33,356 nt of DNA from contig NW_021824130.1 of assembly GCF_006345805.1 (NCBI RefSeq), forward strand, positions 1 through 33,356, in the 5' to 3' direction. Shown piece after piece: positions 21,866 through 32,886 of the stretch. The notes beneath the pieces were generated by a model. It saw nothing but the letters and a program-made list of their open reading frames with translations. It had not been told where the DNA came from and searched no databases. Source of the stretch: Octopus sinensis (taxonomy: Eukaryota). The position numbers and the translations under genes were made by a program. Position 1 is the stretch's first letter. Each line of letters begins with the position of its first letter.

Positions 21866-24395
21866 TCTGATTTAGGCACAAGGTCATTGATCTCAGTAAT
21901 TGACTGAGAAGAGAGGAAAAGCAAATTTCATCTCTGCGTGAATTGAACTCGCGAAGTAAAATATCGACACAAAGAACACCAAGCATTTCATCGAATTCTG
22001 TGACGATTGAACAAATAATGATAATATAAAATCTGCAGTACATCTGCCTCGAAATTTTCGCTATTCTTTTTTTGTTTTTAATTTTGTATTCATTCTTTTT
22101 TTCTTTTTTTTTTTCTTATATGAACGCTTGTATAAGGAACGGTATTTTCCATTTATCAGAAAATAGAGGCATAACACAATTGATCATTATCACAACTATT
22201 GCTTTTCTGTTTGTTTTTTCCTTCCCTGTAGCATCGGAAAACTTTCATATGGTTTCGTAAGACAAAAGCGAGAATGATACTATTGGAATTGTATGTTGCT
22301 ATATATATATATTTTCGATATCGCCTCAAGTGAAATTCAGATAACAAATACATACAAAGACGGCTTTATAAATGCACGTTGAAGGTTACACACATACCTA
22401 CACGCACTCTGTACGACACTGTACGAGGTTTACCAATGTTGGTTTTCTTGACAAGAAAATTCATATTCCGTTCCATGAGAATATTACGAGAATATCTAAC
22501 ATGATAGAAGGTTAATTGAAGTATTTTCTAAAAAGAGATATTGGTTAATATTTTTAATGGTTATTTTTAAGCATAATGTTAGAGAAAGAAATATTAAAAG
22601 ACTTCCGTAATGACGTACAAAAACCATAATTATATAATATTTTAATTAAAAGCTACTTAGATGAGTATCTTTAGATGATATATAACGAATCAATCAAGCG
22701 TGTAACTACTTCAATATCTTTTTATTACCGTACGAATCGTTTCTGTATCTTTATTAAATGTCACTGTATGTCTTTTCTAGTTAACAGGCTGCAATTCGTT
22801 AATAAATTTTTAGCTTACCTTTCAAGTTTTGTGAAATATTTATAAATTGTGAACGTAAAGCTGAGGAAAGCAATCATTGCTTATAACATGTATAATTGAT
22901 CGAACGCAATAAATTTCGCTACTGATATCATCGATTAAGGAGGAATCCTCATAGTATTTGTACTTTAAGCACAGACGCAAGAAACTAAATATGGTGAATT
23001 TTTTTCCAATATGCTACACTTCCTTTAAGCTTATTATATTCAGAATTTATGCTAATACACAAAATAACTGATGTTCAATTCCCACCGGTGTCGATTTTCC
23101 TGGCATCTCTCCGAGATAGTAAGATCAATATTAGTAATATACTAGATTGTTTTAATCGACTCTACCTTGCCTCTAGAGTTATCGATTGTGTGCCCATCAA
23201 TAAAATCTTTACTTGTAGCAACAACGTGTACATCTTGGGAGAAAAACGATAATTTTACTGCGTGGTGTTATATTAAATATATACACTTTCATATTACACA
23301 AAGTGATCTTAAAACAATTAAAATGTATAACAAATTAAATAAACTGTTATTTGTATATATTCCATAAACATTAAACATTATATTTGTAAATTCCTTTCCT
23401 GTTGCTTCTAGACGCAAATCTAAATATGTAACCTTATAACAAACTGTTCAAGGGAATGTTGGGAACCTGGTCCCTTATAACAGTACGGCAACCGGATATG
23501 ACGTCTATCAATCTAAGTGCTCGGCACAATAATGCCCTTTTGTTATCAGTTTACTCCTGTAATTATAAACAATTCTTGAAACTACTGCAACAACAAAATA
23601 ACACGCTTTAAATTTTTATGAGGAAGATTTATCAAGATTTTGATTAAATTCAGCATTATTGAGAAGTGTATAATGTAGCTAATAACGATACGAAATTCTT
23701 CCATTAATATTAAAGTCGGTTGTTGAAGTTGAATATGGCGGAAATTGAAATGTTTGCATTTTCAATGTGATATTATAAGTGGTCAAAGGACTTGACAAAC
23801 GATAGCAGTTGTAATATTGAAAGTATGTAAATATACAGTCAACAAATTGTTCAAATGATAATAAAGAATCATATGTGTAAATGGAAATGCGCTTACGTGC
23901 ATCCATTTAGAGGCTCGTGAAATTCAAATATTTTCCTAAAGATGTAATCACACTTGCATTAATTTTCTCAATGCATGAAAGATAGCAGGAAGATAACAAA
24001 AGATCGATAAAAAAAACAATCAAAGGCCCTTATCAAACCATAGGTCCATGAAGCCGGTTTCCAGGATTCCGTGAGTTCTATATTTCTCTACCGCTAGATG
24101 GGTCGCGGCCCACCGCAGGATCACTCATTTTGCTAGCTGTGTGGACTGCAGCAAAGTGAAAAGATGCATGACATGATTAACTCAAAGACATAACGCATAA
24201 TCTGAACCGGAAATCGAAACCACACTCTTACTATCATGAATGCAGCACACCCTAACCTCTGAGCTACGCGTTTCCCACACAAAAGATAGAAGTGTAATAT
24301 AATCTTCGAAACTGTACGTCCCAATCCAGAAGAATAAAGCTGCGTCAATACTACACCGATTTTCTTTTATCAAAAATATGAGTAACCATTATAAT

Positions 24396-24622
24396 TTTTT
24401 CTTTATTGCCCACAGGGGAGTAAACACAGAGAGAACAAACAAGGACAAAGGGATTAAGTCGATTATATCGACCCCAGTGCGTAATTGGTACTTAATGTAT
24501 CGATCCCGAAAGGATGAAAGGCAAAGTCGACGTCGGCGGAATTTGAACTCAGAACGCAGAGGCAGACGAAATACCAGAAAGCATTTCGCCCGCTGAGCTA
24601 ACGTTTCTGCCAGATCGCAACC
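24396..24622 (-). mobile_element. SINE family A monomer with 12-bp TSD
   Basis: AACCATTATAAT at 24384-24395 and 24623-24634. Confidence 0.88.
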
Positions 24623-25080
24623 AACCATTATAATGACAATCAAACGAATCTTCTAGAGAGACGTTTTATTCCTTCTAGTTTCTTTCTAAGTTTGAGCCCA
24701 TTAATAAATCAGCTGAATGAAACTTCCGATGATTAATTATGAAGATTACAAACGATACAAAACTAAGTGCATCACATCACGTATAAGTTCATATCCATCA
24801 CGTGTTCATGTGATGAAGATTACCCGAGGTTTCGAAGCGTTTAAGCGACTGGAATAACACTTCGTTGCAGAGTTATCCCAGCTGCCGTTGGAACACATTT
24901 TCAGCTGAATGAGCTGGTGGAACGGGTAATGAAGTGCCTTGATTAAGGCTATAATACGTTGCCCTACCGGGAAATAGAACTGACCTCGACGTTTCCCAAC
25001 ATCCCATCCACTGGAAAAGGCGACTGCACACACACACACACACACACACACGTACACACAGACATATATATATACATATA

Positions 25081-25242
25081 TACGACAGGCTTCTTTCAGT
25101 TTCCGTCTACCAAATCACTCACAAGGAATTGGTCGGCCGGGGCATTCGCAAAAGACACTTGCCCAAGATGCCACGCAGTGGGACTGAATCCGGAACCATT
25201 TGGTTGGTAAGCAAGCTACTTACCCACAGCCACTCCTGCGCC
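25081..25242 (-). mobile_element. SINE family B 5' half
   Basis: Reverse complement of the GGCGCAGGAGTGGCTGTG head through GGAAACTGAAAGAAGCC. Confidence 0.85.
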
Positions 25243-25257
25243 TATACAAATTATGTA

Positions 25258-25308
<51 letters not shown>

Positions 25309-25488
25309 TATATATAATAATATTAGGGAATAAATCCAAATTTACAGGGAAAAAATCAGATTTAGGATTAAATCCATTTTATAGTAAAATATTATATAAT
25401 ATTAATTAGAGACAAAACCACTATTTTGCAAAACAAACAAGGAAAGACTTAATCAATACATAATTTTAATAAAAGTAAAAAAAAACCG

Positions 25489-25531
25489 CCACTACAATTG
25501 TTTCATGTCTTGATCGACAATCTTCAGGTGG
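25489..25531 (-). ncRNA. Type I hammerhead ribozyme (mirror copy, left arm)
   Basis: Exact reverse complement of 25579-25621. Confidence 0.75.
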
Positions 25532-25578
25532 ATTTCCGATTTTCAAGTCAGTTTCAAATTGACTTGAAAATCGGAAAT

Positions 25579-25621
25579 CCACCTGAAGATTGTCGATCAA
25601 GACATGAAACAATTGTAGTGG
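25579..25621 (+). ncRNA. Type I hammerhead ribozyme (right arm)
   Basis: Stem I CCAC/GUGG, core CUGAAGA (25583-25589), stem II UGUC/GACA with U.U at its base, GAA, palindromic ACAAUUGU, GUA site; predicted cleavage after 25617. Confidence 0.75.
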
Positions 25622-25780
25622 CGGTTTTTTTACTTTTTATTAAAATTTTATGTATTGATTAAGTCTTTCCTTGTTTGTTTTGCAAAATAGTGGTTTTGTC
25701 TCTAATTAATATTATATATATATACATACATAGACAGATAGATAGATAGATAGATAGATATGTAAATCTTTATATATATG

Positions 25781-25813
<33 letters not shown>

Positions 25814-25982
25814 ATTTTGTATATGCATATATATATGTGTATATGTATATAAATGCATATGTATGTGAGTGTGCATATATGTATATAATTATATATAGAT
25901 ACTTATTTATATATATATATATGTGAACATATATATTACTACATGTGTGTGTGTATGTATATATTGTATATATATATATTAT

Positions 25983-26014
<32 letters not shown>

Positions 26015-26920
26015 CATGCATACACACATACACACACAAATGCCTTTATATGCATACACTCAAGTTATTCAAATAACCACTTTACAGTAAAAGCTGTGCA
26101 TTGGAAAAATATATTATGCGTAACATACATTCTCGTAATTTGTTATGTAAATGTGTCTATATATTCGTTCTATCATTAATTCAGTAATGCATTTGAACTT
26201 TCTGATTTTCTGGTACACGAATTATCTTTTTTCTTTATTCATTCTTTATCTTCATAGTTAACACTTTTTTCTCTTTCTCCATTTTATTGACATCAGTACT
26301 TACTTCCTTGCTGTGAACTTATCTTCTAAGTTTCTCTTCTTTGTTTTCTTAGCTATTTTTCCATTTCTTTCATCTTACGTGCCTACATTCCTTTCTTTAC
26401 ATTCTAATTTATCTTATTGTATTTCTCTGATTTCTGTATCCATTTGTTAACTTCTTTTTCTAATACCGTGTATCATTAGAACTCAGCAGGCATTATAAAC
26501 AAAACTGCATAAAACACATCGAATTTAGATTAGCATTTCAAGTAAGGACAACAAATTTATTTGATAACATCTGAAATCCAGTGAATTGCATATATATAAA
26601 AATAAAATAACTGTACAGATGTATTTTATTTCTGTTTACAGTATAAATGAAGGAAATATATTGATACAATAAAAAAAAACATGAAAAATAATTAGTAATT
26701 TATGAACATTGCCATGATTTTCTTTAATTTCAATAACGCGAATAATATGACAATATTTTTACAGAAGATAATTCATTAAACAATCTCGTTTATGAATAAA
26801 GTATGTTTTGAACAGTATCGTACTCAAGAATAAGAAACTGTATTTGGGTGGGTTTTAAGTTTTCGAAATTGTTTGTATCAACATATTTAGTAATTATTGT
26901 ATTGGTTTCAATATATATAT

Positions 26921-27320
26921 GTGGTAAGTAGCTTGTTTACCAACCACATGGTTCCGGGTTCAGTCCCACAGCGTGGCACCTCGGGCAAGTGTCTTCTACT
27001 ATAGCCTCGGGCCGACCAAAGCCTTGTGAGTGGACTTGGTAGACGGAAACTGAAAGAAGCCCGTCGTATATATGTATATATATATGTGTATGTGTGTGTG
27101 TTTGTGTGTCTGTGTTTGTCCCCCTAGCATTGCTTGACAACCGATGCTGGTGTGTTTATGTCCCCGTTACTTAGCGGTTCGGCAAAAGAGACCGATAGAA
27201 TAAGTACTGGGTTTACAAAAGAATAAGTCCCGGGGTCGAGTTGCTCGATTAAAGGCGGTGCTCCAGCATGGCCGCAGTCAAATGACTGAAACAAGTAAAA
27301 GAGTAAAAGAGTAAAAGAGT
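26921..27320 (+). mobile_element. SINE family B, slightly 5'-truncated
   Basis: Low-divergence copy with internal (TA)n(TG)n and (AAAAGAGT)n tail. Confidence 0.9.
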
Positions 27321-27430
27321 ATATATATATATGTGTATATTTAAACATAATACATAGGGTAATAATAGATTATTATTACCAGTAGCCTAGCACAAAAAAC
27401 AAATTAGTCATTAGACTATATATTATTCAT

Positions 27431-27735
27431 ATAGATATACAATAAGAGGCTTCCAAATAGGAAAGCGTTGTGCTAGAAAAAGCAGTAGAAATCTCAAAAA
27501 CCACAAAAAAAAAAGGATAAATTCCCGAAAGGAATGAAAATTAAAAACGTTTACCATCTCAATTATTTCCCAGACCATGGTTTCTAACTATTTCCAGCCG
27601 ATTAGTTTTCATCAGTGGGATAGCTTTTAGATTTCAGACATACAGACACCCAGTTCCACATGTGGTTTTTGAGATTTCTACTGCTATTTCTAGCACAACG
27701 CTTTCCTATTTCGAAGCCTCTTATTGTATTTCTAT
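27431..27735. mobile_element. 305-bp element with 75-bp terminal inverted repeats, enclosing a hammerhead
   Basis: 27431-27505 versus reverse complement of 27661-27735: 72/75 identical by hand alignment. Confidence 0.85.
27568..27620 (-). ncRNA. Type I hammerhead ribozyme
   Basis: Minus strand UCCCA-CUGAUGA-A-AACUA-(12 nt)-UAGUU-A-GAA-ACCAUGGU-C-UGGGA; canonical core and GUC site; predicted cleavage between 27573 and 27572. Confidence 0.8.
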
Positions 27736-27995
27736 ATATATTCATATATATATATAAATATATTTTATATATTTAAAGATTAATACGGAAGTCGGAATCT
27801 AATAAGAAACATTTATTAGCACCGGAAACGTTCTCTGTGGTATAGGTCCGTTGTAGTTCAGGCTTCCACTGCTAGAGACCACTTGATGCAAACCTCAAGC
27901 ATCAATCAGCTGACCGGTGTCGTCCAATGAGATCATACAGCCGCGTAGTGCAACTTTGTATTGTAGTGCTTCTCCCCTGTTCATCGAGTTTTGTA

Positions 27996-28276
27996 ATGGT
28001 GAAAACGAAGGAACAGGACGCCACCGTGAAATTTTGTTTTCTGCTCCGGAAACGGCGGCCGAAATAGTTGTCATGCTTGAAACAGCTTACATGAGCAAAC
28101 CACAATGTTGCATGTGGTTTTCATGCTTTAGGAATGGTCACTTGTCGCTTGAGGACCAACCTTACGAAAATAGTGTGGACGGGGAGGTTATAACTGAAGT
28201 CAAGATATGGTTGCTAAAATATGCAAAAGAATGTAATGTAAATGCAAGGGTGGGTGCGTTTACGGCATTGAATTGA
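27996..28276 (+). pseudogene. Internally deleted mariner transposase remnant
   Basis: MVKTKEQDATVKFCFLLRK / TAAEIVVMLETAY-MSKPQCCMWFSCFRNGHLSLEDQP matches the mariner N-terminal HTH region, then jumps to a C-terminal-like DGEVITEVKIWL; TIRs not found. Confidence 0.75.
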
Positions 28277-28372
28277 ACCCCGATAAGGTGTGGTAGGATT
28301 TGTTGGCTCGCTATGCCAGTGAAGTGCGACGGCGTGGTCAGTAATTTACAGACGTATTCATATATATATATA

Positions 28373-29214
28373 CTAGCAGAATTGCCCGGCGTTGCTCGGG
28401 GCTGAATTGCTTGAAAGTACTGTTAATGATTGCACTGAATTATGATGATTATTCAGGCAAATATTGATATAAGCTTACGGTGGGAGATAAGGACTTAACG
28501 ATCAAACGTGTGCCATTGCATTGTTTTGGGGGAACCAAATTTCTGATGAGCATTATAGGGGCACCAACTTTAAGTTTGAGAAAGTGTGGTGGTAGTCCAG
28601 GGTGCTCAAAGGATTGAGTACCTCTATTGGATAGTTGATGACGTCCTCTGGGTCAGGAGTTGTATCGATAGACTGATATACATAGACGTCCCCAGGAATG
28701 AGTTTTAGCATTTCATCATTAATATGGTGAACAGTTTTATTCCTCGGGGCCGGTATAGCCTTTTTGCCAATCCAATCCATATTCTGATAATTAGCTTGTA
28801 GATCTTGGAACACTGCATCTCTGAGATCAGGAGGCGTCTTAACAATGGTACGAATGGAATCGATGGCAATATTACCATTTTCATCCCCTGGTATTTTGCC
28901 TTCGCCAAGTGCAAGGAGGGTGTGAGGAAATGCTGCTGATGTGATATTACGTCGCATATGAGCACGCATATTGGTGTGAAGTTTGAGAGTTACTTCCGTT
29001 TATTTTAAAAATATGCATTAAAATGGAAAAAAATGATGGTAAATTATTTGTAAAATCATAGACTCATCGTAGACGCGCGCTATAACCCAGAAGGGCTCGA
29101 TATGAATCACGACTATAAGATACCCGGTTTTGGTTAAACTGCATCGCAAAATGTGGAGTAGTTTAGGAATCTAAATCGGAGTAGACAGACACACAACCTT
29201 TCTTTTATATATAA
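28373..29214 (-). mobile_element. Non-autonomous Helitron, 842 bp
   Basis: 3' end CCCGAGCAACGCCGGG hairpin, 7-nt spacer, CTAG then host T; 5' end A|TTATATATAAAAG followed by a short (GT/GTCT) run (TT rather than canonical TC). Confidence 0.82.
28485..28995 (-). pseudogene. Helitron PIF1-family helicase fragment
   Basis: LKLHTNMRA...LLALGEGK...KAIPAPRNKTVHHINDEML...YQSID..., then after a frameshift GLPPHFLKLKVGAPIMLIRNLVPPKQCNGTRLIV, the classic Helitron helicase motifs. Confidence 0.92.
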
Positions 29215-29535
29215 TATTTTTGTCCTAAAAAAACTTTGTATGGATTGAATGGTTACCTCTATGGAATATATACAACGCATTATACATACATGTGTGTATA
29301 GATGAATATATAAATACATTTAAATATCTATATACACTTTCGGGCGATCTTCTGTTTCTTCTTAGAGATAACTTTAGATCTTATTTTCGTCCTAAAAAAA
29401 CTTTGTGCGGAGTGAATGGTTACGTGTATGGAAATATATACACACACATTATACATCCATCTGTGTATAATGAATATATAAATACATTTAAATATCTATA
29501 TACACGTTTGGGCGATCGTTCTGCTACTTGGATAT
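29215..29535 (+). repeat. Two tandem units of about 165-170 bp
   Basis: GTCCTAAAAAAACTTTGT...GAATGGTTAC...GAATATATAAATACATTTAAATATCTATATACAC...GGGCGATC repeated; the unit start recurs at about 29990. Confidence 0.85.
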
Positions 29536-29536
29536 A

Positions 29537-29980
29537 GGGGCGATGTTTCGCTTGTCGTAGCACACGTTTCCGTCGATTCCCGTAAAAAATGTAAACACTG
29601 AATCGGCCATACATACATACATACATACACACACACATACATACACACACACACACCACACATACATGCATACAACATATACACATAACCCAGTAAAAAA
29701 TTTCAGTTATCTCTCTCTTCACACATTACTCTCTCTGTCTCTTCACACACACTAACAGAAGCACTTAACTTACACAACATACTGTCTGTCTCCCACACTC
29801 CATCAAACCACACACACACATGTACATCAATGCGTCCCATGCACGGTAACTTCAAAAGAACTTCCCTCGTCATACAATCGCTTTCTCTTAGTCTCTTTCG
29901 CTCTCATTACTTATGTAAAAAAATAAGTTTTTTACGGAAATCGACGGAAACCTGTGCTACGACAAGCGAAACATCGCCGA
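29537..29980. mobile_element. MITE-like element with 53-bp TIRs
   Basis: 29537-29589 versus reverse complement of 29928-29980: 49/53 identical; TATA on both sides; interior is CA/CT-rich. Confidence 0.8.
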
Positions 29981-30499
29981 TATAGGTCTTATATTCGTCC
30001 TAAAATACTTTCCTGTCACACACTCACGCACTCGCACGCACACACACGCACACACGCACCCTCACACACACACACACGCACACACACACTCACACACACG
30101 CACGTTAGCTTACAATTTTATTTATATATTTGCGTGTCTATGTGTGTAAAGAGGAAGTGGCAGACTGAAAGAGTCACTCACTACAAAAGGTGAATTACTT
30201 TCATTTTATTCCTTGCACTGTGTGTGTGCATGTGCGTGTGGTGTAAAACACATTAAGAAAAAGCATTTTGACATACACGCCAGAATGTGAGTTTTCTGTA
30301 AATTTTGCTTAATTGGAGTTTAAATTTTTAAAAAGTGGAACCTGGCAAAACCCGATGCATTCTACTCTAAAAATGCTAAGTAAATTGTTAATTGAAGAAA
30401 TCCTATATTGTAGATTTCTATAACTGACAAAGGGAGGCAGATAAAATCTGCTTTTATAATAAGATATTATATATATATATGTATGTATGCACGTATGTA

Positions 30500-31350
30500 A
30501 TATCTATCATACCTCAACTTCTCTTCCTCCCACCAGAACACACCAAGCTTTCCATCCCCTATTCCCAATTCCTCCGTCTACGTAGGCTCTGTAGTGACGA
30601 CCATGACTTGAGACTCAGTCTCAACATATGGCTCACCACTTCACCCTACGTGGATACCCCTCACCACTATCCACCACCGCCCTTGCCAGAGCACGGTCCG
30701 TGGACCGTGTATCTGCTCTCTCTCCCCGAACCCGCCCTGTAGTCTCCCGCCTCCCTTTTCCCTCACTTACCACCCCACGACCCTACGTCTCCAACGCACC
30801 ATTCTTCGAGCTTTCCGTCATCTCCAGTCCGACCCGTCCACTTCACACCTCTCCCTAACCGACCCCTCCCCTCTTTCAAACGAGCCCACAACCTTCGAGA
30901 CTTTTGGTCCATAGCTCCTTCCCTGACCCTACCTCCCAACCGGCTCGTTTCCCTGCTCCCGCCCACGTTGCCGCACTTGCCCTTACCTCCACAAACACCA
31001 ACGCCTCACTAGCACCCACCATCGACCCTATCCCATCATCCACTCCTTCACCTGCACCTCCAGCAATATTATCTATTGCGTCTCTTGCTCTCTCTGCCAA
31101 TTCTTGTACATCGGACAAACGGGACGCCGCTTGGCTGACCGGTTCGCGGAACACCTTCGTGACATCCACCTTGCGAACGACACACGGTCTCACGCCATTT
31201 CCGCTCCACCGGTCACTCCTTGCAACACCTATCTGTGTTCGGTTTGTCCTTACACGAGGCCATCCGGATTCCCGTTTGCGGCGTGAACAGGAATTAATCT
31301 TCTCTCTTCGCTCTTTACGCCATTTGTCTCAAACTCTCCCCACCTCCTAA
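30500..31350 (+). pseudogene. 5'-truncated Penelope-like element (Neptune-type): RT thumb, Cys-rich linker, GIY-YIG endonuclease
   Basis: HTKLSIPYSQFLRLRRLCS, RGYP, FPCSRPRCRTCPY linker, NIIYCVSCSLCQFLYIGQTGRRLADRFAEH and RLRREQELIFSLRSL, with multiple frameshifts. Confidence 0.92.
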
Positions 31351-32000
31351 TCTAAACCCCCTCTCCCCCCCTCCTCACCTATCCTTCCCCCCCTCCCGAC
31401 CCTACTTCTTCAGTCCTTCATCCTTTCACCCCTATCCCTTCCCTTTTTCCTCTTTCTCCCTCCCTCCTGCCTCTATCCCTTTCCCTCTGCTCCCTCACTC
31501 CCCTTCTTCTCCCCCTCCCCTTTTCCTCCTTCTCCCCTCCCCCTTCTATCTTCCCCTCTCCCCCCTCTTCTTCCCCTCCCCTTCTCCCCCTCTTCTCCCC
31601 TCCCCCTCTTCTCCTCACTACACCACACGACTTTACACATCACATCATATATGATGTGCCATACTAATACATACACCACTAATACATACTAATACGTACT
31701 AATACATACTAATACATACTAATACATACATCAACCCTATACATACACACGTCCAGACCCTCATACGCACTTATACTCTCTCATACACACACACTTTATA
31801 CATACTAATACGTAACTAATACATACTAATACATACCAATACATACACCAACCCCATACATACGCCTGCCAGACCTATCCTACGCACTAATACTCTCCTC
31901 TCTCTCACACACACACACACCACACACCACCCTTATACATACTAATACATACACCAACCCTATACATATACACAGTCCAGACCCCTCCTACGCACTAATA
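31351..32000. repeat. Polypyrimidine tract then (CATACTAATA)n and an about 110-120-bp minisatellite
   Basis: C/T-only tract at about 31355-31615; CAACCCTATACATA..CCAGACC..TACGCACT(A/T)ATA unit at about 31730, 31845 and 31955. Confidence 0.85.
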
Positions 32001-32029
32001 GGTGGTCATTCAACCCTATTATCAACCCT

Positions 32030-32310
32030 ATTATCTCCCCTTATTTCGCTCTCGCGTCTCATGTTTGATCTTTGACTTCTGGCCGAAATCAGAGATCGCC
32101 ATGTTGATTCGTTAGTTACTGCACGCATTTTTTTCTCTCCTTCTTTCTGTGTTTTTTTCTCTCTGTGTATCTTCTGTTGAAGAGCGTAGGCTCGAAACGT
32201 TAAAGACTTGTTTTTATTTATATTTCCTGAGCGCCCATACTAATATAACGTGTTTGTTTTTTTTCCACCTGCCTTCGTCTTTTGTCTATTTTCATAAAGC
32301 TTCCCGTTAT
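32030..32310 (+). mobile_element. PLE 3' terminal-repeat-like segment with hammerhead-like motif (32170-32205)
   Basis: CTGTTGA-A-GAGC-GTAG-GCTC-GAA-ACGT-T-AAAG; same strand and about 0.7 kb downstream of the Neptune ORF; homologous to 10740-10990 and 17995-18185. Confidence 0.75.
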
Positions 32311-32670
32311 GTATGTATACACGGATATATACATATATAAATATACACATTAAGTACAGGGCATCACCAACGAATGAAAAGTCCGTAAGCACCTGAGAGA
32401 CAAATACAGGGCAAAATAAATCGCTCATCAGTTGTCGTGCCTATTGGTCACGCGTTGATTACAGGCCTTTTTTCTCGCTTCTGTCTTTTTTGGGATGCGA
32501 CGTCCAACTAGCTGGACGTCATTTCCCTCTTCTCTCACCTCTCGACACCTTTTTTTCGCTTCTACCATTTTCTTTTCTTCTGTTTATTCTATATCCTTTC
32601 AAAAGTTTACCAGACGTTATCCATTACAATTCGTCTTGGCTTCACGGCCCTTAATGATTGTCTTCGTTGA

Positions 32671-32886
32671 AAGGCGGCGAACTGGCAGAAACGTTAACAC
32701 GCCGGGTGAAATGCTTAGTGGTATTTCGTCTGTCTTGACGTTCTGAGTTCAAATTCCGCCGAGTTCGACTTTGCTTGTCATCCTTTCAGGGTTGATAAAT
32801 TAAGTACCAATTACGTACTGGGGTCGATCTAATCGACTGGCCCCGTCCCCAAAAATTTAGGGCTTTGTGCTTAGAGTGGAAAAGAA
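32671..32886 (+). mobile_element. SINE family A monomer, alternative tail
   Basis: Full tRNA head and central domain; aged TSD ATTGTCTTCGTTGA / AATGTCCTCATTGA (11/14). Confidence 0.88.

Larger units (their letters stand above)
25393..25718. repeat. Near-perfect 326-bp fold-back (about 163-bp arms, essentially no spacer)
   Basis: Centre at 25555; arms differ only by homopolymer-length indels near 25460-25485 and one G.T pair at the centre. Confidence 0.95.

Noticed and set aside
16571-23118. Plus-strand acceptor/donor pairs at 16571-16627, 22232-22290 and 23044-23118
   Set aside because: Such motifs are common in AT-rich DNA; 16571-16627 has stops in all frames and the other peptides are unrecognisable.
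24805-24850. GTGATGAAGA...TTCGAAGCGTT, hammerhead-like
   Set aside because: Two core substitutions without compensation and no stem I.
26160-26470. Purine-rich minus strand giving Lys/Glu-rich peptides
   Set aside because: Stops in every frame; low-complexity or very old element, not assignable.
29215-29535. Repeated units that might resemble a CRISPR array
   Set aside because: Eukaryotic context, whole units repeat with no unique spacers, and no cas genes.
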